Shown one piece after another: positions 13,214-23,800 of a DNA stretch of 64,000 nucleotides (its first letter is position 1; every line of letters begins with the position of its first letter). Under the pieces are notes generated by a model. That model saw only the letters and a list, made by a program, of their open reading frames with translations, was not told the origin of the DNA and did not search any database. The stretch comes from Mytilus trossulus (Eukaryota), in NCBI RefSeq assembly GCF_036588685.1, contig NC_086379.1, positions 15,872,001 through 15,936,000 of the forward strand. Reading direction: 5' to 3'. A program made the position numbers and the translations under genes.

Positions 13214-13791
13214 TGTGATGTTACATGACCCAAAATCAAAGAACACTATAAATTTGGATATGTTTATTCCTCCTTCTACTGAGGGTAAAAGACTACAAAA
13301 AAGAAAATAACACAATGTAAATGACAAGCAAACATGCATGTATCAATCATATGATAAGTCATTTATAACAAACAATCAATATCAAACATAAAAATATTGG
13401 ATGAATAACACCGACTTTATACTAGTAAAATCTTGAAAATAAAACCAACTTTTTACGATTCACACGTTCCATACAGTGAACATTAAAAAATCTGACATGA
13501 CCCATGTGATCAACTCATTTGACGATTCGCACTTTTCATACAGTGATTTGAACAACGTGGTTTGTGTGTGAAATAATTCAAAGCGTATACTTTATAATCA
13601 GTAAAAATACTTATGTAAACTTTATATAACAATAGTTTTAAGATAAATAAATGTAAAGAACTTACTCTATGGCGCTTATAACCAGCAAATATAAGTGTTG
13701 AAAGCAGAACAAATTTGACAGGAAATGCGTCTGACATTACAGAAATACTAATAAAGGAAACAAATCGGAAATCCGTTCCGGTAACATTACA
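13214..13791 (-). repeat. 5' LTR of BEL/Pao element
   Basis: Direct repeat of 6634-7211; minus-strand AATAAA at 13263-13268. Confidence 0.96.
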
Positions 13792-13946
13792 CTGTTAGCT
13801 AGTAGTTACTGCGGTCAGATTCTTGTTATTACACAATATAACAATCAGAGTCATCTGTTATCTCGACTCTCAATGTATGGTACTGGTTGGCGGTAACAAG
13901 TTCCAAAACATTCTTTGTGAAATGAGTGTTTTTGAACTTGTTTAGT

Positions 13947-15114
13947 GGCGGACTTTATAGGCTGCACCAGTACCGATGAACTTGATTTATCACTGTATTA
14001 TTATTTCATTTAGAACATTTATCCATGTTATCTTTATTTTCACCTCAAACGAAATTTCTCATGTTGATTTTGGACATCTGTTGCCAGGGTTCAATTCAGC
14101 ACCCCATTATTTCAAAATTTTCATTTCATTTTAGTTTTTATTTGAATTTTGAATTTTATTTATCTATTTTATTTGCATTTTATTTACGGTTGCCCAAAGA
14201 CCCTTTGTTTGTGGGTTGGTAACCGACAGAAGCCATGATCTTACTTCGCCAATAAAATATATTTTGACTTTAATAACGTCTTCTCTCTTATAATTCGATT
14301 TAAAGGGCTTGACCGTTAAATCACGTTATCAGAGGAAGACAAGACTTGCTACAGTTCATGCACAGGTCAATGTAACGCGCATGTCTTAATTCGATTTCAC
14401 GGCATATCAATTTTACCACCTAAAGCACTCCTCATAATATTTTGAATGCACGGTCTGCTAGGAAGTAACTATATATATCTAAGGTCAGATTGTTGAGTTT
14501 ATTGTACGCATAATTAATGTAAACCCACCCATCCCTCCTCTTATATTTTTTCGATACTGCTGTTTTATGTCTTATTTTACAGATTTCTGCTTGTTTTTAA
14601 CCTCAACATAGAACTCCTGTCACGGCTTCTGGATTTACAACTCTTCGCCAGTCTATAAACACAATTAACCACATTATGCCGTGCATCTGACGAGTGATAA
14701 CGGATTAACAGTCATAGTGAACCGATTAATAATGTTATGACAGTCTTTTAGAAGAGTTAATCACTAGGGCGGACTTTATAGGCTGCACCAGTACCGATGA
14801 ACTTGATTTATCACTGTATTATTATTTCATTTAGAACATTAATCCATGTTATCTTTATTTTCACCTCAAACGAAATTTCTCATGTTGATTTTGGACATCT
14901 GTTGCCAGGGTTCAATTCAGCACCCCATTATTTCAAAATTTTCATTTCATTTTAGTTTTTATTTGAATTTTGAATTTTATTTATTTATTTTATTTGCATT
15001 TTATTTACGGTTGCCCAAAGACCCTTTGTTTGTGGGTTGGTAACCGACAGAAGCCATGATCTTACTTCGCCAATAAAATATATTTTGACTTTAATAACGT
15101 CTTCTCTCTTATAA
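13947..15114. repeat. Two near-identical 347-bp direct repeats (13947-14293 and 14768-15114) around a 474-bp spacer
   Basis: GGCGGACTTTATAGGCTGCACC...CTTCTCTCTTATAA occurs twice, 821 bp apart, with two substitutions seen. This explains the duplicated 65-aa ORFs. Confidence 0.9.
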
Positions 15115-18041
15115 CTGTTTTCTAAACTCATTCACCATATTAGCTGTACTAGACCGATCATACAAAAGCACAACATATCCGTTCTATTACTTTTAACACT
15201 TTTAAAATTTCCACTTCATTTGGATTTTCAATAACCTGCAGAAATGCTTCTGACAACTCCTCATATACGAACCATGTATCCCAAGCTGATTTCGTACCTT
15301 TCCCAGAAAAAGCTGAGACTGTGTCACAACCGGTAAATGAATGGAACAGTGGAAAGACTTTCAATTTCAATGGTCCTAGTGCAAGGCACAATCCATGAAT
15401 TGAAATATATAGAAAGTTCTTTCCAGTGCCAAAACCTATCCACAGCTGTTTAGCCATTTGAATTCCCCTTTTAATGCAGCTGGGAATGAGGACATATCAA
15501 TTGAAAGTTCTCCTTCAACTAATGGGATATCTGGTTCGATGAATATTAGTACAGCTGGTGGAAGATTTGAATAACTCTCTGGTAAAAGAGACACTCTCTT
15601 TGACTGGCATTTCAACATAAGTTCAGATTGGTCAAATGTTTGAACAACGCCTTGAACATCCTCTGAAATATATTGGAATAAAGATATACCTGTACCATGG
15701 AATGAATCTTTTAACGAGATACTGCTTGAATTGTGATCAATGTTGTCTACAGCAGATGAAGTAAATACATTTTGTAGTGGATTGGTAGGGCAAAAAAATA
15801 CCTTCTTTGACATAACGACGACAAGCATCCTTGGCCATGGAAGTAGAAATTTCTAACACTAGGTCGTAGGAGACAGACAGTCCAAGATTGAAGAAAGTAT
15901 ATACTAGATCACGTTTGCTAGTCTTACATGGATCATGATTCCCAAATAAGCACAAACTGGAGGTTCATGATCTTTCATGTGACGGTTGGATAGTTTCTTT
16001 GTACAACTATATACATCAGAAGATGTGCTATTGTTAATGTCGACTGAGAATATGAAAGATCCTGAATGTTAGGTCCAAATTGAATCATACTGACCAAAGT
16101 AAGCAATGACTGGGGTACATAAGCTTCCTGATATCCCTTTGGGAAAGTTTCTTTAAATTCTGAATTTGATGCGAAAATATCTTTACGAACAAACGTAGCT
16201 GATTTTGATATGTTGACAAACTCATTATCAAAGTCTTCTAAGCAGACTCTCTTCAATGCAGGTCCAATGTCATCATTGAAAGCAAGACTGTTTTCAAGAC
16301 CTTGTTTGTAAGCATCTAAGTTAGGGAAATTACAATTCTGTGTTTTAGTCGTGTACTATTAACTCGAGATGAAACATCTGCACCTAGACATGTTATTCTT
16401 TCCGTATAAAGTTTATATAGATCTGACAATCTGAAAATGCAATACCATGGATTTGACTTTCCTTCTTAGATTCGACATTATCATTTTTCATTTCAATTTG
16501 AGATGCACGATTATATAAGGAAACAAAACATTTAGAGTGGTACTTTGCTTCCTTTGCAATTAGATCACCAGCACTTAACTTTGCAAGTAATAACGTGTCA
16601 TTTAATTTTACTGCTCATTCTCTCACACGTGTATCCTGTCTAAACGTTGAGGACTCATGAAGGGCTTCTTGGCCATTTTCATTACAGAAAAAGCACACAG
16701 ACGGGTTACTGGTGGACTGAACGGAGAAGCTATGTCTAGTTTTCTTTTAGATTCGATTGCTTTATCATCTATTCTCTCATGTGAGGTTGGTTTTTCTGCT
16801 CTATCCAATTTTGTCCTGTTCAGTTTCAAGTTGCAAGATTTGTGCCAACATGCCTTTTGGTCAATGGAATACTGTGCTATTCCAGATCCCTCATCTAAAT
16901 ATAAGTTTTCAATGCACACATTAATGCCTTCAGGCATCAATCGTAATTCATGAAACTTCTAAATATTGTCAGCTAAAGATTGATAACCAGCATCAACATT
17001 GAGACGTTTAGAATCAAATGGGCATATACGTTTTTCATCTATTATTTCTTGGCATAGGATGCAATTTGCCCAATCAATATTATTTAACTTAATTGGTTTG
17101 TCATATTCTACACTTGATACCCTGAACGTCTTTTCAGTAGCCATGTTGTAAGAAATATGATCGTAAATTAGTTAAACTGTTTATATATTCCTTGTATATA
17201 ACTTCTGTATGCCAGACGCGTGTTTCGTCTACAAATGATGTATCAGTTACGCTAGAATCGAAAAGTTAAAAAGACAAAAAAAAAGTATGTAATTTAATAT
17301 TTAACGACCTGAAATCCTGAAAGTTTTGCAAAGCACAAATATTTGTTGATTATTAATAGCTTTCTAGATATACACGATATAGTTTCTGATAATAAGACTT
17401 TTACGGCCATTTTGAATTTGTCGGCCATTAAGCAATTATTTTTGATTGTTCCATATTCAGAAAAGATTAATTAGCATCATAACTAGCAATATGCAAAGTT
17501 TTTTTGCTTTTATTTTCAAATGATCAATTATACCATTTTTTTTTACTCTGCCTCATGACTGTTGGCGGCCATTTTGAATTTATCGGCCATTATGGAATTA
17601 TTTTGATTGTTCCATATTCATTAAAGATTAATAAGCACCATAACTAGCAATATGCAAAGTGTTGTGTTTTTATTTTCAATGATAAATTATACCATATTTT
17701 TGGACTCTGCCTCATGACTGTTGGTGGCCATTTTGAAATTGGCGGCCATTTTTGAATTTTTTTTTATTGTTCCATATTCAGAAAAGATTAATAATCATCA
17801 TAATTAGCAATATGCAAAGTTTTGTGCTTTTATTTTCAAATGTTAAATTAAACTATATTTTTGGACTCTGCTTCATGACTGTTGGCGGCCATTTTGAAAT
17901 TGGCGGCCATTGTGGAATTTTTTTTGATGGCTTCATATCCAAAAATGTTTATAAGCATCATAACTAACACTGTGCAAAGTTTCATGCTTTTACCATAAAG
18001 TGATCAATTGTCCCAAAATATTGGACTTAGCTGCTGGACTA
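15115..18041 (-). mobile_element. Decayed Academ (AcademX-type) DNA transposon, internally deleted and 3' truncated
   Basis: Frameshifted pieces: IDWANCILCQE, ACWHKSC, LIAKEAKYHSKC, LGLSVSYD, AVDNIDHN...DSFHGTGISLFQ, then XPG-like FHSFTGCDTVSAFSGKG. Minus-strand terminus TAGTCCAGCAGC at 18041. Confidence 0.7.
17404..17990. repeat. Subterminal tandem repeat (about 160-bp unit, about 3.7 copies) rich in GGCGGCCATTTTG motifs
   Basis: The GGCC of the unit-start motif recurs at 17405, 17567, 17726 and 17887. Confidence 0.85.
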
Positions 18042-18044
18042 TTA

Positions 18045-20782
18045 TAGTCCCACATTCAGCGATTTAGCGAAGGTCATTTGTAGTCATTTTCAAGCATATT
18101 TCTTGTTCATTTTATAATTTCCAAAGCCTTGTGATTAATTTATGCTGTTTGGTATACTCGTTTTTGTTGAATTGAACTGGGAAAGTGAATTTCATTTTAG
18201 GGTTCGTTTGGTTTTCAGGTGTGTTTGATTTGGGGTTTTTTTATTCAATCACATGGACAATTTAACAATCTCGTAAAAACTGGTCCCGCAAGATGCAAAA
18301 AAAAAGGAAAGTGGAAGTTTGTGTTGACAAATGCATTATCTGCGATTCTGTTGTTGATGAAATATTAATAACATCAACAGATTTTGGAAGAAAAAGTCTG
18401 ATTACTGCTGCAGCAAAGAGACGTGATGAGAGTGTTCAGTTATTTGAACTAATTCTGCAATGAAACAGCAAGTGAATTACCCGCATTTAGATATCATAGG
18501 TGATGTTATAAAAGCTACACAAGTAAGCAAAATTTAAAATCAGTATCAGCTGAAAAGGAATCACCAGATATAGATTCCGATTTATCTAATTGTTAGGTGC
18601 CTGAAAAAATGATCACAAAACATACAAGTGTATTATTTGCATAAAAATTATCTCATAAAAGGGTGAAAACATTACATACAATTTCATCTGCTGAAAGGTT
18701 AGTCAATCTAATAGATGCTGCTTCCTCTAAACATAAGGCTAAACTTGAGAGGTACTACAGGGATGCCAATGCATTTTTTGCTCAAAAAGGACAATATAAA
18801 TCTAGCATTGTATTTGCTAGCGATATTCCCATTGGAGACGCTGTTAAAGCAGTAAATAACATCTAAGCAGAATTAGAAACGCTTGAGATGAAAGGCGACT
18901 TAAGTACATGTAGCTCCATAAAAAACCAACGAACAAATCGGTATGCATGTACTATATGAAGCAGCCTCAATTGTATGACAAAAATGGAAAATGTTTATAT
19001 ATCTAGGGAATATTATCGTGCAAATAACCAAGTACAAATGCATATCGTTGGAAATATCAGAAGCAATGTTGTCAACCTGTTTGCTAAGTTTTGTTACTTG
19101 TCTCTTGACAAAGTATTTTGAAACATTTTCTTCAGTATCAATGAATATTTCGCATGACATTCGGAGAAAATGTGCTACTCTCGCAGAGTGCCTGGTGTCA
19201 AATTGTAACAACATAACTACTCCATTTAAAGTCTTATTATGTCGGTCGTTCATGCTCTGGGTGGGTGTGACTCCACTTCAAAGTTGTTTTGGAATCGGTT
19301 ATAAGTCGGTATTCAACCTCTTTAGGACAAAACCAAGCCGTTTCGGTTATCTTGTAGCTTTAACGCACGATGATGTTGATAGTGCTGTAGTTGCTGCTAG
19401 ATTGATTGAAGCTGCTTTATACGACTCGAAATACAAATTTAAGAATTATCACAACGATTGAAATTTGCGGAGACATCACTTGGCTATAAATAAAGATTAA
19501 AGTATTATAATATAAAAAAAAAAGAAGATGTGGTATGATTTCAAATGAGACAACTGTCTACAAAAGACCAAAATGACACAGACATTAACAACTATAGGTC
19601 ACCTTACGGCCTTCAACAATGAGCAAAGCCCAAATGGCCATACCGCAGTCAGCTACAAAAGGCCCCGGTAAGACAATTTTAAATAATTCAAACGAAAAGC
19701 TTTCGGCATGTGAATTCGTATTTAAGCAACACGTACTACGTACAATGTGACAAAGCCAAGTTTGGTTGACGGCAAATCTAGCCAACCGAAATAATGGCTC
19801 CCAATGTGCCTTTGTTGGAAAACTGCGCAAAATGACAAGTTAGAGCCAGTTTTCTTTGAGGGACAAATGACAACGAATTTTCTACAAGATCTAATTTGTT
19901 CATGTAAGGGGGAAAACATGCCAGGCAGTACGTGTTTGCAAGGAGCAGGATCTTAGTTGCACTTATTTATGTTTTTGTCAAAATGTAGGTAGTTGTAATG
20001 AAATATCATGAACATAGGTCTTGTAATATTTGGTAATTTGATTTTAATTTGCTATAATGTTTTCGACGTTTCATTTGGTATGAAAATAAACTCATCACAG
20101 ATACCATAACGGTCAATTTTAGGAATTTGTTCTACAACACGCTTGCACTAATTGAGTAATATATCAAACTCCAATAACTATATTATATAAAAAGGTATCT
20201 TGTATTGAGATAGTTTGAATTCATTTCAAGAAAACTCAGTGACCCGTCGAATCCTTGAAAACTGAAACAATTTTTCACGGCTGCATATTTGGTTTGATGT
20301 ATTAACTATGCATTTCATATACTCTTTGAAAAACTTTTTAACTATCAAAGTATTCAAGAAATGCTATTTGTCGATGTCAATTATCAATGTTAATATGTTC
20401 CTGTTTTCCATTAGGCATTACAATTTGTATACCATGGACTACCTTCTAAAAAGTTAAATTAAACGTTGTTCTGACGTTATATGCAAATATGAAAAAGATT
20501 TTGTATGAACTAACGTTTTTCTACATAATACTTCTCATATAATTTATTGAATAGATTATTAATTTTGAAAAATATCAATGGTATTGTTTCTCTAGATGAA
20601 AGTATAATTTTTTTAAGTGATGACCTTTGACCTTGATTTTCGATATTATTGTACCAGATTTGATATTGACGACACATATTTTCAAAAAGTACAAGATTTC
20701 AGCTTTCCAATGAGCTATTAAAATCGCATGAGGTATTTAGGTAATTTAAATTTCTAAAATTGTCCTCTCCGCCGCTCCACTA
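18045..20782 (+). mobile_element. Second decayed Academ-type DNA transposon, divergent to the first
   Basis: Broken coding remnants CIIC, YHR*CYKSYT, XPG-like HALGGCDSTS..FGIG, FKQHVLR, and a C-terminal Cys cluster (LICSCKG...C). Right end CCGCCGCTCCACTA (TAGTGG-type terminus). The left boundary is uncertain. Confidence 0.6.
19523..19697 (+). repeat. Copy of an abundant short interspersed repeat (AAGAAGATGTGGTATGA...AACTATAGGTCACC family) inserted in the Academ remnant
   Basis: Related copies in reverse orientation at about 970-1025, 2750-2965, 46505-46700, 56555-56750 and 57560-57800. Confidence 0.75.
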
Positions 20783-20849
20783 AGTGTTATGTCCTAGTAG
20801 ATATGATCGTCTACCTTTGATGTCACATTGTAAGTTGTATTGTCAAACC

Positions 20850-23800
20850 CTAATTGGTTTTGATTGCTGGTGAGATCAGTATGGTAAATAGATAAATATC
20901 TCGAAATTCTTCTATTTGCTTCTGGTGATCTGTCAACCCATCTTTTGAGGCTTCTGTTTTATTTTCATCAACTTCATTGTAAACTTTCTCTTCACCCTGT
21001 GAAACATTCAATTTATTATCTTCTTGTAAGACCCGACTGCTCAAGTCTTTGTCATATTTCGTCACTGATGGATCGAGAACAAAGTACTCGCCTTGTGCCT
21101 TGACGATGTTTGCAGGAATTACAATGTTTTCTTCCTTATTTGTACTAGATTTATTACTTTCAAGATTTGCCATCTCAATTCGTTGGTCATCAGATATTAG
21201 TCTTGTAAGTTGTTCGCTTTTCATCGATGATCTATTAAACAAAAATACAATATTTACTTTCAACATTATGACAGGTATCTAACAGCGAAAGAATACGAGT
21301 TGGTCAAAACAATACACAAATTTGTTGTCGTGAAATTTCTTAAAAACCCTAATGTCGTCAAATTCAATGACCAGACGTCATAATGATTGACCCGACGTTG
21401 CATTTTCGGTTGCTTAAAAAATTGGTTTCAAAATTAAAAACACACAAAAATAATCCGATAAATAAATTATCCGTTTCTATTATATTGATATAATTGTAAA
21501 ATATTTGCTGCTTAACATTATTCATGGTGTGGTATGGTTGCAATGAGACAAATAACCACCGTAAATTTAATGTCGTGGATACCTTGATATGTGATTTCCT
21601 GGTTTTCCCAAAGTATGCATACCGCCTGATAGAAAATTTGTGATTCGTTGAACATTTTGAAAATTGATCCACACGTATCCACGAATACCACGAAATTTGG
21701 TAACCATCGCATACTAATGTATCCAGTATATAAGCCGACGAACATCCTTATAAGATAGCATATCACGGAATATCAAGCTATAAACTGATTTGACCTACCC
21801 TAATAGATCTTTGGTCCGATAACTATGGAGAGAACCTTGCGTTCTACCTTCTTTTATTTGCTTCTTGTGAACGCCCTCCAAATCTGTCGATAATTTCATT
21901 TTGTCTTCATCAATTTCATAGTAGACACTCTCATCACCATCTGTACTACTGCATCTTTTTATTTCTGGTAATTTCTGGTTCCTCAAGTCTTTATCATATT
22001 TCGTAATGGAGGGATCGAGAACAAAGTACTCGCCTTGCGCCTTGTAAGCGTTTAAAGATTTGTTTGTAGACAGAATATTGTATTCTTTCTTGTTTGTACA
22101 GGATGTACTACTATTTAGATTTGTCATCTCAAATCTTTGGTCGATAGACTGTAGTCTTGTCGTGTTCTTTCTCTTCTTTTTCTTTGATCTGTTTAACATA
22201 TAAATAATAACTTGGAATAAGAAAAAGGATAAACATATATTTTCTTACAAATTTTGACCGGTATTTTACTACGAGAACATACGAAGATATGTTGAAAAAT
22301 AGTGAGTTAAAAACCTTGTTTAAATCGTAGCGTCTCAATAGATTATCACGATAAATTAAATACCAAAAAAGGTATTTGCAAAAATACAGAATTTGATGAT
22401 AAATTCAAAATGGAGGGAAATCATGAAACCTTAAAATATCAAACGCACGGTTATATCAACTAACAGATAATAAATAATAGCATGTACACGACATATACAT
22501 ATATGTGGAGACAAAAACACATTAGTATCTACGCACACGCACGCGGAAAAATATATCGAGAACGTTTGCAATCTCAAGGAACGAAAACTCTGCATGGAGA
22601 ATTAAAAATTACTGTTCATTGTACCTGGGAACACTCAACAGTATGGCTGATACATATATATGTTCCTGATAGTATATAAATGTTCAGAAGTAAATAGGAT
22701 GTCAACCTGATTTTATAGCAAGATAAACCTACGACTTTTTTTTATTGGCTGTTATATTGACAAAATGAGAAATCCCCACTTACATAACATTGTTATTTGT
22801 TCATAAACTTTTTTTTGAATTTTGAGTAAACATGCCAAAAATTCAATTTACCTTCGTCTGCATACATAAATAATAGCCAGTATGATCAAAAATAATATGA
22901 TTGTGCCTGTTATTCCAACTGATATACCAACTATCGCTCCAACTTTGAATATTTCTGAAAAAGAAAAAAAAACATCATTCACAAATCACATGCATGTATA
23001 TATGCAATATCATTTGGTAGATAATGGTTGCATGATTGTATATGTATGATACAAGGTAACAAACATGCCCAACAATACAATAAAAAGTAACCTACGTAGA
23101 AAAACGGTTTCATACGTTTTTAGCAGGCGCATTGATTTGTATGTTTTACAATTAAAAAACTCACTGATATTTAAATATCCGCGGTTATCATAAATTTCTA
23201 TTGACGAAACGTGATTCAATATGCAAATATATAGATAGACGCATAAATTGCATAAGTGTTAATTTAATGTCGATAAATTATCGGCTGATAAGTTACATTT
23301 TGCTAAAAACTGTTCATGCCTATCAATATTTTCTAATTATTGCTACGATAATTATTAGTGGAGTTTTAAAACCACAGAAAACCGTAAGATGCAGTTTCGT
23401 TTGACAACAAACGCTCACATTCGAAAATGGGAAAAAAGAATTTAATGATTACACTATTTTGTTGATTTTGTTGATAAAAAGGAAAATCACAAAAATACTG
23501 AACATGGAGGAAAATCTAATCGGAAAGTCCATTATCACATGGCAAAATCAAATGAAAGGGTTTTTTTTTTTCATTTCACTTGATAATATTTGTGTTCGTT
23601 TTGAGATTAATGAAACCTCAGTCTTTCTTTGAAAACAATGTTTTTTTCTTAATCATTTGGCAAATTATTCGATTGCATTTAATCTTTCCACTCGAGGTCG
23701 TGTTTCATTTCATATAAAAATCTTAAAAAAGAAGAAAATCCACAGAACGGGATTGTTCATTATGTCGTATGTTTATCTACATCATGTTCATTTCCGAAAT

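Larger units (their letters stand above)
6634..13791 (-). mobile_element. Full-length, recently inserted BEL/Pao LTR retrotransposon
   Basis: Two 578-bp LTRs (TGT...ACA), 5-bp TSD CTGTT (6629-6633, 13792-13796), polypurine tract GGAAGGGGAG (minus strand, 7212-7221), and a single uninterrupted gag-pol ORF. Confidence 0.97.

Noticed and set aside
14687-14745. CTGACGA as a hammerhead core
   Set aside because: No stem II, GAAA or cleavage triplet in the right arrangement.
14025-15043. Duplicated 65-aa hydrophobic ORFs
   Set aside because: They are a by-product of T-rich sequence in the 347-bp direct repeats.
17209-17253. Functional hammerhead
   Set aside because: It is a homologous retrozyme fragment, but the core is mutated (CTGATAC) and stem II is broken; counted as a relic only.
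17404-17990. CRISPR-like repeat-spacer array
   Set aside because: The whole unit of about 160 bp is repeated with no unique spacers; the context is eukaryotic with no cas genes.
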